DNA from: Mobula hypostoma
Lineage: Eukaryota
Assembly (NCBI RefSeq): GCF_963921235.1
Contig: NC_086097.1
Location: 105,960,001 to 106,024,000 of the forward strand
Length of the DNA: 64,000 nucleotides
Direction of reading: 5' to 3'
Shown: in pieces, positions 12,525-25,613 of the stretch
How the letters are laid out: the number at the start of each line of letters is the position of its first letter
How positions within the stretch are numbered: the stretch's first letter is position 1
Program-made: the position numbers and the translations under genes
Notes under the pieces: generated by a model
Told to the model about the DNA's origin: nothing
Seen by the model: the letters and a program-made list of their open reading frames with translations, nothing else
Database searches by the model: none

Positions 12525-13582
12525 ACCGTAAGACCATAAGGTATAGGAGCAGAAGTAGGCCATTTGGCCCATCAAGTCTACTCCACCATTCAATCATGGG
12601 CTGATCCAATTCTTCCAGTCATCCCCACTCCCCTGCCTTCTCCCCATACCCTTTGATAACCTGGCTAATCAAGAACCTATCTATCTCTGCCTTAAATATA
12701 CCCAATGACTTGGCCTCCACAGCCGCTCGTGACAACAAATTCCACAGATTCTAAATGGACGTCCTTCAATCCTGAAGTCGTGCCCTCTTGTCCTAGAATT
12801 CCCTACCATGGGAAATAACTTTGCCATATCTAATCTGATCAGACCTTTTAAGATTCGGAATGTTTCAATGAGATCCCCCCTCATTCTCCTGAACTCCAGG
12901 GAATACAGCCGAAGAGCTGTCAGACGTTCCTCATACAGTAACCCTTTCATTCCTGGAATCATCTTTGTGAATCTTCTCTGAACCTTCTCCAATGTCAGTA
13001 TATCCTTTCTAAAATAAGGAGCCTAAAACTGCACACAATACTCCAAGTGTGGTCTCACCAGTGCCTTATAGAACCTCAGCATCACATCCCTGCTTTTGTA
13101 TTCTATACCTCTAGAAATGAATGCCAACATTACATTTGCCTCCTTCACAACTGACTCAACCTGGAGGTTAACCTTTAGAGTATCTTGACAAAGACTTCTA
13201 AGTCCCTTTCCATCTCTGTATTTTGAATTCTGTCCCTATCTAAAGAACAGTCTGCCTGTTTATTTCTTCCACCAAAATACATGACCGTACACTTTCCAAC
13301 ATTGTCTTTCATTTGCCACTTCTTTACCCATTCCCCCAAAATTATCTAACTCTCTCTGCAGGCTCTCTGTTTCCTCAACACTACCAGCTCCTCCACCTAT
13401 CTATGTATCATCAGCAAATTTAGCCATAAATCCATTAATACCATAGTCCAAATTATTGATATACATCATAAAAGCAGCAATCCCAACACTGACCCCTGTG
13501 GAACTCTACTGGTAACCGGCAACCAGCCAGAATAGGATTCCCTTATTCCCACTCTCTGTTTTCTGCCAATCAGTCAATGCCC
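12525..13582 (-). mobile_element. CR1 LINE 3' fragment
   Basis: Minus-strand PQGSVL, KFADD, EKVQRRFTKMIPG; TATGGTCT-type tail. Confidence 0.88.
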
Positions 13583-14224
13583 TATCTACGGTTAGATTTT
13601 GGGCTTTTAAAAATTTTTTTATACAGTGCCTATCTGAAGTATTCACAACCCTTGGAAATTTTCACGTTTTGTTGCTTTACAACATTGAACCACAGTGGAT
13701 TTAATTTGTCTGATCAAGAGAAAAAGACTCTTTTGTGTCAAAGTGAAAACAGATCACTAAAATTAATTACAAATATATAACACAAAATAATTGATACAAA
13801 ATAAGTATTCACCTTCTTCAAATCAGTATTTAATAGATGCACTTTTGTCAGCAATTATGGCCCTGAGTCAGTGTGGATAGGTTTCTATCAGCTTTGCATA
13901 TCTGGACACTACAATTTTTCCCCATTCTTCTTTACAAAACTGTTCAAGCTCTGTCAGATTGCATGGGGATCATGAGTGAAAATTCTTTTCAAGTACAGCC
14001 ACAAATTCTCAGTTGGATTGAGGTCTAGACTCTGACTTGGTCACTCCAGGGCATTAACTTTGTTGTTTTTAAGCCATTCCTGTGTAGCTTTTGCTTTATG
14101 CTTAGGATTATTGTCTTGCTGGAAAACAAATCTTCTCCTAAGTCGCAGTTCTCTTGCAGACTGCATCAGGTTTTCCTCCAGGATGTCCCTGTATTTTGCT
14201 GCATTCATTTTACCCTATACCTTA

Positions 14225-14311
14225 GGAACAGAAACATAGAAAATCTACAGCACAATACAGGTCCTTCAGCCCACATAGCTGTGCCGAACATGTCCTTACT
14301 TGAGAAATTAC
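14225..14311 (-). mobile_element. Very short CR1 3' tip inserted in the Tc1
   Basis: GAAACATAGAAA..CTACAGCACAATACAGG.CCTTCAGCCCAC is the reverse complement of the CR1 3' end. Confidence 0.65.
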
Positions 14312-14398
14312 TTAACCTTCCAGGGCTTGCTGCAGTGAAGCATCCTCACAGTATGATGCAGTCACCACCTTGATTCATGGTAGGGATGGTGTGTTTTT

Positions 14399-16478
14399 TT
14401 ATTATTAATTTGCCAATTACATTTTGACTGTTTAACCCAGCCACCCCCCAACCTTCATCACCATCCCTCCACCACCCCTCTCTCTCCCCCATCCCTCTCC
14501 CTTCGACCAACCAACAGAATAGTAGTACATACTGTCACATGATTGGCAACAATGAATATAGAATTGAATCAGGTTTTATAAACAAACTAACATTTATTAA
14601 ACTCTGCTCAATATTTAAAAAAATTAACAAACGAAAACCTCTGCGTAAGAAATCTAAAACCTTTGAACACTTGTAGGGAGAGTTTAATCCTCCAACATTA
14701 GATGATACAATAGTAAGATTTTCTAATTTATCTGTGTTGCTCATCTTCCCCTGGATCTGTTGTTGTAAGTTGGTGGTGGAGCCCTGAGTTACCCCCTTCC
14801 CATCCCCCTCCCATCACCCCTCGCATTCAACCCTTTACTTTGTAACATCTATGAGTGTCACTTAGCAATGTCAGACACTGAACACTGACATTAACCTCCC
14901 CCTTCTAGCACCAACAAATTAGAAAGGCAAAGCAGTTCTCATAGACAATCATATCAAAGAGACAAGAAAAAAGAAACCTGGACAAACCTGTTAACCTATA
15001 TACTTAAAACCGTTTCCGTCTCAAACATAGTATAACACGTAATCAGGACCCTAACAGCTAGCTTGCAAGAAACTGTCCCTTTAACAGACCGTCGCTTAGC
15101 GATGGCGCCAGTGAGATCTTATCTGGTGCCCAGGAACGTAAACAAGTCTACAGGAGACATAACGTTCTAAAGTTATTTGGAACAAACTGCTGTCTTTCAG
15201 CTTCATTCTTGATGAAGTATTACATTTGGGTATATTGAATATCACCTTAAAACTCTGATCTGCAATACTCAGAAACAAATTGGTCCCTTAATTAACTAAA
15301 TACAAAAGTGCAATGCATGACTTTTGAAAAATGAATAAAATAATAACCAGAAAACTTCACACCTAGGACGTTAACTTGCCCATGCCTGTTAGATTGCACA
15401 TACAGGCTGGTCTGAGCTCTTAATGCAGTTCCATCTCCTCCTAAGGGGCATGTGGACTTTGCCCAGGGTCTTCTTTCATATCTCCCAGCACCGATGATTT
15501 CAGAGCTTCTTTCGTTTCCTCTGCCAAGTTAAATGATATCTTCATGCCCTTGATATTCACTCTCAAAGTCACCGGGTATATGAAGAACAAGTCAATCCCC
15601 TTCTGTCGAAGCTTAGCGCGGATCTCCTTGTATCCCTGCCATTCCTGCATCATGCCAGGACTGTAGTCGGCGAAGAACTGCAGCTGGGTGTCATCAAGGA
15701 GAGTAGGTTTGGCTTTCCTCACGCTCTCCAGGATAGCCTGCCAGTCGTGTACCATAGTAGCCTAAAAATCATGGTCCGTGGTCTTAAGGTGCTGTTGGAA
15801 AAGATCCTATGTGCTCTATCGATCTCCAATAGAGTGCTGTGGGAATTATTGAGTGCTGGAATCCAATTAGGCAGCATCTTCTGGAGGTAACCTCTTGGAT
15901 CGTCGCCCTCAGCACCTGTCGGTAAGTTGACTAGCCGCACATTGTTTCTCCTGGATCTGTCCTCCAAGTCGTTTAGCTTCTTCCATATCTTAGTCACCTC
16001 CGCCAGACAGGAGTTAGTAACTTCCTCATTCTTGCGTAAGCAAACCTGAATGTTGTCTATTTTATTGAAGACCGGGCTAAACTTTTTAGCGTGAATGCCC
16101 GCTTGCTCCTTTTACGACCGGAGAATGTTGCCATTCTCTGCCATGTGCTTCTGTATGGGGTCGAGAGCCTTTTCCAGCGACTCCTTTAGTATGTGGGCTA
16201 CCGTTTCTTGCAGCGATTCCATCTCCGTTGCCATTGTTTGCTTAATTAGCATAGCTATTTCCTTGGATGAATCGCTAGCTTGGTGTCGTCTGCTGGTATC
16301 TTGTTTCCTAGTTGAATTTGGATCTTTTTTTGAAGTCATGTCTTTAGTTAGATCTTTCTCCAATTCAGCCTTGTATTAAGACCGTCTATGAGCCCTAAAG
16401 AACTTGAAAAAGGAGGGTTATATGTCAGCGCTCAGTGCTGTGCTGCCATCTTGCCTCGTGCCTCACCAGATGTCACCA
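14399..16478 (-). mobile_element. Internally deleted L1 (ORF1 plus ~35 codons of ORF2 plus 3' UTR), 15-bp TSD
   Basis: ORF1 pieces LEDRSRRNNVRLVNLP, EIDRAHR, FFADYS, IYPVTL; ORF2 start SSNVGGLNSP; GGATGGTGTGTTTTT at 14384-14398 and 16479-16493. Confidence 0.9.
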
Positions 16479-16898
16479 GGATGGTGTGTTTTTGATGATG
16501 TGCATGCTTACGCCAAACATAGTGTTCAGTACAATGGCCAAAAAGCTCAATTTTGGTTTCATCAGACCATAGAACCTTTTTCCATCTGACTTCAGATTCT
16601 CCCACATGCCTTCTGGCAAACTCTAGCTGAGATTCCATGTGAGTTTTTTTCAACAGTGTCTTTCTCTTTGCCACTCACCCATAAAGCTGTGACTGGTGAA
16701 GCACCCAGATAACAGGTTCTCCCATCTCAGCCACTGAAGCTTGTGACTCCTCCCAGAGTTGTCATAGGTCTCTTGGTGGCCTCCCTCGCTAGTCCCCTTC
16801 TTGCACGGTCACTCAGTTTCTAAGGACGGCCTGCTCTGGGCAGATTTACAGCTGTACCATATTCTTTTCATTTCTTGATGACAACTGTACTCCAAGGG

Positions 16899-17113
16899 TG
16901 TTGCCACGGGCAGCAGTGGAGGCCAAGTCATTGGCTGTATTTAAGGCAGAGATTGATAGGTATCTGAGTAGCCAGGGCATCAAAGGTTATGGTGAGAAGG
17001 CGGGGCAGTGGGATTAAATAGGATAAAATGGATCAGCTCATGATAAAATGGCGGAGCCAAATGGCCTACTTCTGCTCCTTTGTCTTATGGTCTTATGGTC
17101 TTATGGTCTTATG
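16899..17113 (+). mobile_element. CR1 3' tip with (TATGGTCT)n tail inside the Tc1
   Basis: GCAGCAGTGGAGGCCAAGTCATTGG...TTATGGTCTTATGGTC; same subfamily as 20508, 36619 and 44672 copies. Confidence 0.88.
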
Positions 17114-17431
17114 GATATTCAGTGACTTGGATACAAGAAAATTTCCATCTCATGAATTGTGCTTTTCAATAAACTTTTTGCAAAGTTGCTTGGAGTGTTC
17201 TTTTGTCTTCATGGTGTAGTTTTTGCCAGGACACTGACTCACCAGCAGTAGGACCTTCCACATATAGGTGTATTTTTTCTACAATCTTTTGAAACATCTT
17301 GACTGCACACAGGTCTCCCAAAACAGATCTTCAATTAACTAATTATGTGACTTCTAAAACCAATTGGCTGGACCATTGATGATTTGGTGTGTCATATTAA
17401 AGGGGGTGAATATTTTTGCAATGAATTGTTT

Positions 17432-19971
17432 CATAGAAACATAGAAACATAGAAAATAGGTGCAGGAGTAGGCCATTCGGCCCTTCGAGCCTGCACCGCC
17501 ATTTATTATGATCATGGTTGATCCTCCAACTCAGAACCCCGCCCCAGCCTTCCCTCCATACCCCCTGACCCCCGTAGCCACAAGGGCCATATCTAACTCC
17601 CTCTTAAATATAGCCAATGAACTGGCCTCAACTGTTTCCTGTGGCAGAGAATTCCACAGATTCACCACTCTCTGTGTCAAGAAGTTTTTCTTAATCTCAG
17701 TCCTAAAAGGCTTCCCCTCTATCCTCAAACTGTGACCCCTCGTTCTGGACTTCCCCAACATCGGGAACAATCTTCCTGCATCTAGCCTGTCCAATCACTT
17801 TAGGATCTTATACGTTTCAATCAGATCCCCCCTCAATCTTCTAAATTCCAACGAGTACAAGCCCAGTTCATCCAGTCTTTCTTCATATGAAAGTCCTGCC
17901 ATCCCAGGAATCAATCTGGTGAACCTTCTTTGTACTCCCTCTATGGCAAGGATGTCTTTCCTCAGATTAGGTGACCAAAACTGCACACAATACTCCAGGT
18001 GTGGTCTCACCAAGGCCTTGTACAACTGCAGTAGTACCTCCCTGCTCCTGTACTCGAATCCTCTCGCTATAAATGCCAGCATACCGTTCGCCTTTTTCAC
18101 CGCCTGCTGTACCTGCATGCCCACTTTCAATGACTGGTGTATAATGACACCCAGGTCTCGTTGCACCTCCCCTTTTCCTAATCGGCCACCATTCAGATAA
18201 TAATCTGTTTTCCTATTTTTACCACCAAAGTGGATAACTTCACATTTATCTACATTAAATTGCATCTGCCATGAATTTGCCCACTCACCCAACCTATCCA
18301 AGTCACCCTGCATCCTCTTAGCATCCTCCTCACAGCTAACACTGCCACCCAGCTTCGTGTCATCCGCAAACTTGGAGATGCTGCATTTAATTCCCTCATC
18401 CAAGTCATTAATATATATTGTAAACAACTGGGGTCCCAGCACTGAGCCTTGCGGTATCCCACTAGTCACCGCCTGCCATTCTGAAAAGATCCCGTTTATT
18501 CCCACTCTTTGCTTCCTGTCTGCTAACCAATTCTCCACCCACACTAATACCTTACCCCCAATACCGTGTGCTTTAAGTCTGCACAGTAATCTCCTGTGTG
18601 GGACCTTGTCAAAAGCCTTTTGAAAATCCAAATATACCACATCCATTGGTTCTCCCCTATCCACTCTACTAGTTACATCCTCAAAAAATTCTATGAGATT
18701 CGTCAGACATGATTTTCGTTTCACAAATCCATGCTGACTTTGTCCGATCATTTCACCGCTTTCCAAATGTGCTGTTATCACATCCTTGATAACTGACTCC
18801 AGCAGTTTCCCCACCACCGACGTTAGGCTAACCGGTCTATAATTCCCCGGTTTCTCTGTCCCTCCTTTTTTAAAAAGTGGAGTTACATTAGCCACCCTCC
18901 AATCCTCAGGAACTAGTCCAGAATCTAACGAGTTTTGAAAAATTATCACTAATGCATCCACTATTTCTTGGGCTACTTCCTTAAGCACTCTGGGATGCAG
19001 ACCATCTGGCCCTGGGGATTTATCTGCCTTCAATCCCTTCAATTTACCTAACACCACTTCCCTACTAACATGTATTTCGCTCAGTTCCTCCATCTCACTG
19101 GACCCTCTGTCCCCTACTATTTCTGGAAGATTATTTATGTCCTCCTTAGTGAAGACAGAACCAAAGTAATTATTCAATTGGTCTGCCATGTCCTTGCTCC
19201 CCATAATCAATTCACCTGTTTCTGTCTGCAGGGGACCTACATTTGTCTTTACCAGTCTTTTCCTTTTTAAATATCTATAAAAGCTTTTACAGTCCGTTCT
19301 TATGTTCCCTGCCAGTTTTCTCTCATAATCTTTTTTCCCCTTCCTAATTAAGCCCTTTGCCCTCCTCTGCTGAACTCTGAATTTCTCCTAGTCCTCAGGT
19401 GAGCCACTTTCTCTGGCTAATTTGTATGCTTCATCTTTGGAATTGATACTATCCCTAATTTCTCTTGTCAGCCACGGGTGCACTACCTTCCTTGATTTAT
19501 TCTTTTGCCAAACTGGGATGAACAATTGTTGTAGTTCATCCATGCAACCTTTAAATGCTTGCCATTGCATATCCACCGTCAATCCTTTAAGTGTCATTTG
19601 CCAGTCTATCTTAGCTAATTCACGTCTCATACCTTCAAAGTTACCCCTCTTTAAGTTCAGAACCTTTGTTTCTGAATTAACTATGTCACTCTCCATCTTA
19701 ATGAAGAATTCCACCATATTATGGTCACTCTTACCCAAGGGGCCTCTCACGAACAGATTGCTAATTAACCCTTCCTCATTGCTCAAAACCCAGTCCAGAA
19801 TAGCCTGCTCTCTCGTTGGTTCCTCGACATGTTGGTTCAAAAAACCATCCCGCATACATTCCAAGAAATCCTCTTCCTCAGCACCTTTACCAATTTGGTT
19901 CACCCAATCTACATGTAGATTGAAGTCACCCATTATAACTGCTGTTCCTTTATTGCACACATTTCTAATTT
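17432..19971 (-). mobile_element. Young CR1 LINE (part of EN through RT to 3' end) inserted in the right Tc1 TIR
   Basis: ORFs 19388-19960 (GDFN, SDH), 17795-19210 ([19 protein letters not shown]), 17531-17794; (ATAGAAAC)n tail on the + strand. Confidence 0.95.
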
Positions 19972-20257
19972 CGTGTTTTATATTTGGAATTAATTTAGAT
20001 CACTTTGTAGAGATCTGTTTTTACTTTGACACGAGAGTCTTTTTCTGTTGATCAGTGTCAAAAAAGCCAAATTAAATCCACTGTGATTCAATGTTGTAAA
20101 ACAATAAAACATGAGAACTTCCAAGGGGGTGATTACTTTTGATAGGCACTGTATACAATGTGTTCTCTATTGGTTTTAATATTAAGTTTCATTTTTTTGA
20201 AAAAGGTTTATGGCTGTTATGTTGATAGACATAATAGATATGCAAGACATAATTAGA

Positions 20258-21003
20258 TCATAAGACCATAAGATATCGGAGCCTAACTGAGCCTTTTGCC
20301 CCATCGAGTCTGCTTCACCATTTCATCAAGGCTGATCCAGTTTTCCTTTCAGCCCAATCACCTGTCTTCTCCTCATATCCCTTTATGCCCTGACCAATCA
20401 AGAATCTATCAACCTCTGCCTTGAATATACATATAGTCTTGGCCCCCACAGCCGCCTGTGGCAAAGAATTCCACAATTTCATCACTATCTGGCTAAAGAA
20501 ATGGCTTCTTAGACCATAAGACCATAAGACAAAGGAGCAGAAGTAGGCCATTCGGCCCATCAAGTCTGCTCTGCCATTTTATCATGAGCTGATACATTCT
20601 CCTATTTAGTCCCACTCCCCCGCCTTCTCACCATAACCTTTGATGCCCTGTCTACTCAGATACCTATCAACCTCTGCCTTAAATACACCCAATGACTTGG
20701 CCTCCACTGCTGCCCGTGGCAACAAATTCCATAGATTCACCACCCTCTGACTAAAAAAATTTCTTCGCATTTCTGTTCTGAATGGGCGCCCTTCAATCCT
20801 TAAGTCATGCCCTCTCGTACTAGACTCCTCCATCATGGGAAACAACTTTGCCACATCCACTCTGTCCATGCCTTTTAACATTCCAAATGTAACATTCTTG
20901 TCTCAGTTCTAAAAGGACTTCCTTCTGTTCTGAGACTGTCCTCAAATCTCTCAAACATTCTCTATATCCATTCAAAGCCTTTCAACATGCGATAGGTTTC
21001 AGT
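20258..21003 (-). mobile_element. CR1 3' fragment containing a second nested CR1 3' end (20508-20892)
   Basis: Two successive AGACCATAAG tails (20261, 20511); two copies of the FFSQ..V.LWN.LP motif. Confidence 0.85.
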
Positions 21004-22887
21004 TAGTCATTATCATATAAAGATAAATAATTATCTTTATAAAAATCTGTAAAATATTAAGGAAATATTTGGCGACATAATGAATTGCATTTAATTAAAG
21101 CACAAGACATCAAATATTCAGTCAGCAAAGATTAACACTCCATTGACTCCTTCCACACCAAGGGTTAATGCTTCCTCTCTGAATTAATTTGTACTTTGCT
21201 ATCATCAGAAGATAGTATAAAACACAAGACATGATATAAAACATAGAAGTTGACTGTAATTTGAGCTGTAAACCTGATTAAATGTGCAATTTAGGCAAAA
21301 AGGCATTCATCTCCAAGGGACTTACAGTAACAATGATTGCAGAAGAGTGTGTTTTCAGGATTGGATCCTATCTTCCTGAGGGTAGTTTAATGCAGTCTCT
21401 TTTAACCTTTAAATTAGATTTAGCTTCAAACTAATATTAAATGAAATTACAAGATAAAATTAACTTTGGCCACCGAGTAGAAGTATTTAGTTGTACAAAA
21501 TTCTTTTTATAGGATTGAACAGATATTTTGCAAATTTTCAAATTTTCTTTGAAAGTCTAGTGGTTTAAATTGCATTAAGGACACAGTAAAATATAACCTT
21601 TTACAACACAATGACATTTTAATTAAACAAATAATCTTTTTTAAAGGACGAATCCTTTAAATGGTGGAAAAGAAATTCCAGGACTGAGAAGTCTCTGGGA
21701 TAGCAGAACATTTTCACGCATTCAGAGGAAAAGTGACCAGAAACAGTAAAAGGGAAGTGGTTGCTACAGGGACTGTGCAGGTTTTTTCTTCAGGGCTTTC
21801 CTTGAGTCCAGAATGCTTGAAGGAGCCAGAAATGTATGGCAGTATCCAACACTGGACACAACTTTAGTAACTTCTATTTTAGTGCGAGATCTGTTTGCAG
21901 TTTACCTACAGCCTTCTCATAGCAAATGAACTGGTTGCTCTTTTGCCCGACCACAGTCAGTGCCCAGTATCTATAGCAAAGGCAAAAACATGTGGAAGAC
22001 AGTGTTGGCTTGGGGTGTAGAATTGTTATTTTCTTTTTAGCTTAACACTCCTAAGCTTGTTTGTATATTTGTGTAATCACCTGTTATTGTTCAGTGATTA
22101 TGGTAAACTTGCTTTTGTATTTCTCTAGGAAGTTTTCAGTAGCAGGTGTCACACTGCTTGAATCTGGCTATGTTACAGGTTAACTGTTATCACTGGGATT
22201 TTTGTTATCTCTAGTCTGAGTTTGAGATACGGTAACTGCCTCTGCTTTTCCCTTTGTCTTCTTTTCTTTGTTCTCTCAACTCTCTTGTTCATTTTTCATT
22301 CTTAAAATATTGAATAAAACAGCCATAAGCAACAAGTTTTCTGCATCATTCTTGACTTCCAACAATCCTTTGGATCACCCATGCATTAGGATCCAACAAC
22401 AGGCACCAGGGTTATTAGCTGGTACCCAAAGCACTATCCATTGATTTGATGTATGAATATTGTTTAGAATTCTGGCTTGGATGGTTCTTGTATTCACCAT
22501 TTGTGACTAAGAGCAGTCGGGATGGTGACGTAGTATGTTTTTCTGTATGTTTTTCTTCACTTGTGGTGTTGGAGTTTAATAATTATCCCAAGGTTACCTT
22601 GTGGAAGTAGTGACAAGCCATCTCCCTGCACCAAGTCAGCTCTTGTGGCACAGGAACTGCCAAAGTGCTGTGGAAAGAAGAACTTTCCAGCTTCCAGTAT
22701 TGTATCAGTTCAGCATACAATCTACTTCCAACTCAGAGGTATATGACATAGTGACTTTTCACGACGTTGTATTCCGATAGTTGCTAGTCTTATCAGGCTT
22801 GTAAAGGGGTTGCAGAGCACATTGCAGCCAGTGGGTTTTCAGCATGACTTACTCTATTATTACTCCGAATAATCTTCTTTAGAGTAG

Positions 22888-23938
22888 TTTGAATTGTCCT
22901 CATAGTGATGAGGAGGCCTATGGGAGTGAGATAGATTTGCTGATTGAGTGGTGTCGCAACAACCACCTTGCAATTAACGTCGGTAAAACTAAGAAATTGA
23001 TTGTGGACTTCAGGAAGGGGGAAGTTGAGGGAACACACACCAGTCCTCTTCATGGGATCAGCAGTGGATAGGGTTGAGCAGTTTCAAGTTCCTTGGTGTC
23101 AACATCTCCGAATATCTATCCTGGGTTCACCAATGGCTATATAAGACCTTAAGACATAGGAGCAGAATTCGGCTGCTCAGTCCATTGAATCTGCTCTGCT
23201 TTTCCATCATGGTAGAAGATTTATTATTCCTTCAAACCTATTCTCCTGTCTTCTTTGATGCCCTAAATAATCAAGAACCTGATGCCCTAAATAATCAAGA
23301 ATCATACTCTGCTTTCAATATATTCAATGACTTGGCCTTACACCTGTCCATGGCAGTGAATTCCACAGATTCACCACCCTCTGGCAAAAGAAATTCCTTC
23401 TCAACTTTGTCCTAAATAGGCGTCCCTCTATTCTGAGACTGTGCCCTCTGGTGCTATACTCACCCACTATAGGAAACATTCTCTCCACTTTCACTCTCTC
23501 TAGGTCCTTCAATATTCAATAACTTTCAATGAGATCCCCCTCATTCTTCCAAATTCCCACGAGTACAGGCCCAGAACTATCAAACATTACTCATTCATTA
23601 ACCCTGTCATTCTTGGAATCATTCTCATGCCAGCACACATTTCATTAGGAGTTTGAGGAGATTTGGTATGTTACCAAAGAATCCAGCAAATTTCTACAGA
23701 TGCACCGTGAAGAGAATTCTAGCTGGTTGCAGCACCGTCTGATGTTGCAGAGGATTGGAAAATAGCTGCTAAGTGTTGTAAACTCAGACAGCACCATCTT
23801 GGGCACTGGACTCCCCACCATCGAGGACATCTTCAAAACGTGATGCCTCAAAAAGCTGAAATCCATCATTGACGACCCCCACTACCTAGGACATGCCCTC
23901 TTCTTATTGCTACCATCACAGAGGAAGTACATGAGCTT
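22888..23938 (+). mobile_element. Rex1/Babar 3' fragment split by CR1
   Basis: WCRNNHLAINVGKTKKLIVDFR, FKFLGVNISE; resumes at about 23630 (LRRFG..., LLPS.R). Confidence 0.8.
23140..23630 (-). mobile_element. CR1 3' fragment
   Basis: TRGHSLRIEGR..RRNFFCQRVVNLWNSLP. Confidence 0.85.
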
Positions 23939-24164
23939 GAATCAGAATCAGAATCACTAGCGTATCATGAAATTTGTTGTCTTGCAGCGGCAGTACATTG
24001 CAATACATGATGCTTTGCGATGGTTCACCCCCTTGAAAGATGTTTTGTTTTCGCCTTCCAAGTCAGAAATCACAGGGTCACCAGATGCTGCATAGATGTA
24101 GTTTTATTCTTCCTTTCAAAGCCTGCACAAAAGACATTGAGCTCAGATGGGAGTAGAGATTCAC

Positions 24165-24880
24165 AGACCTCTGCCCACTCCGGCCGTCGTCCCACACTCA
24201 GCCATTCCCTCACCCGGGCCAACATCGGATCGCTCACCTGTTCGCTGCGCACTGCTGGTCCGTGGTGGGGAGGTGGTCGCCGGCGTCACCGTCACTTGCT
24301 CCTGGTTCAGCGGTGTTGCGTTGGGCCGCTGCCGGGTGTGCTGCCCTGCCCCGGGCCGCTGTGAAACCGGTGTGGTTACTGCTCCCACTGGGACCGCTTC
24401 CCGGAGCTGCCCCGCCGAAGAGCCACGGCTTCAGCACCGAGAGAGAGTGTTGCCCCGGACACATCCACTCGGGCCTCCAGGTGACAGCAGGTCCAGGCCG
24501 ATGATTCAGGACTCTCGGATGTCGGCAAGTCACACCTCGTGTCCACTGCGATGCACAACCTCCTCTTCCCTCACATCGCCGCACAGTCACAGGTGGCCGT
24601 AGCCAACCGGACCGCTGCCGTTGCCCACCCAGGTGGGGATGGCTGGTCCGTGCTGGAGAGAACACCTGGACAGATGGTAGTGATAGTTGACCGTGTGTCC
24701 ACCAAAATACAACACATGATGCCCCCAGCACGCAGGCAGTCCACGTGTAAGCCTTGCTCTTCACCCAAACGGCCCGCCCGGAGAAGCAACAACAGAGGGG
24801 TTCTGCTGGTGGATTCGGACGGTGCTGCCTGCTCAGTGTTTCCCGATGGCTGCTCTGAGCTGTGGCATGGTGCCGGTGTG
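24165..24880 (-). mobile_element. GC-rich Gypsy pol fragment (protease joined to pre-integrase segment)
   Basis: CILVDTRSTITTI (aspartic protease-like); SDPMLARVREWLSVGRRPEWAEV (typical segment before integrase). Confidence 0.7.
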
Positions 24881-25176
24881 TTGGATGCTCTGGTTCCATA
24901 GGTGATATGTTGGTGGTAGTTGTTCAGAGACTTCTACAAGCTGGCCTGATTGAAATCCCCCACAATGACAGAGTGTACTGTTTCATGCCTGTTGATTACA
25001 GAGCTTGACTCCTCCAGTGGCTGCCTGACGCTGGTTTGAGATTAAATGTACACTGCTACCAGGATGATAGCAGAAAACTCCCTGGACAGATAAAAAGGAT
25101 ATTTGACTGCTAGATGTTCCAAATCGGTGAGCAGAACTGAGACAAAATCACCACATCTGTGCACTACGGTATCATA

Positions 25177-25613
25177 CTCATAGAACATACAACATCGAAA
25201 AGTACAGCACAATACAAACCTTTCGGCCCACAATGTTGTGCCGACCATGAAACCTACTCTTGAAGTTGCCTAGAGTTTCCCTACTGCAAAGCCCTCTATT
25301 TTTCTAAGCTCCATGTACCTAAAAGTTTCTTAAAAGAACCTCTCGTATCCGCCTCCACCACCGTCACCAGCAGCCCATTCCACGCACCCACTATTCTGTG
25401 TGTGAAAAACTTACCCCTGACATCTCCTCTGTACCTACTTCCAACCACCTTAAAACTACGTCCCCTCGTGTTTGCCATTTCAGCCCTGGAAAGAAGCCTC
25501 TGGTTACCCACATGATCAATGTCTCTCATCATCTTATACACCTCTATCAGGTCACCTCTCATCCTCCACCACTCCAAGGAGAAAAGGCCAAGTTAACTCA
25601 AGCTATTCTCATA
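25177..25613 (-). mobile_element. CR1 3' fragment
   Basis: RMRGDLIEVYKMMR...KFFTHRIVGAWNGL; CATAGAA tail. Confidence 0.85.

Larger units (their letters stand above)
13624..20151 (-). mobile_element. Tc1-family DNA transposon with long IR/DR TIRs and TA TSD; four nested insertions
   Basis: TA|CAGTGCCTATC... at 13624 and ...GATAGGCACTG|TA at 20151; inner direct repeats near 13803 and 17401; transposase fragment WKKVLWSDETKIELFGH (16432-16674), start ATG near 17212. Confidence 0.93.

Noticed and set aside
17919..18623. Antisense ORFs over CR1 RT (also 29839-32739)
   Set aside because: Shadow frames of LINE ORF2
22129..22178. Short candidate exon after a TTTCTCTAG acceptor
   Set aside because: Weak donor (GTTAAC) and unrecognisable peptide
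24020..24901. Many overlapping GC-rich ORFs as a host gene
   Set aside because: Explained by stop-poor GC-rich Gypsy sequence; the only recognisable motifs are retroelement motifs
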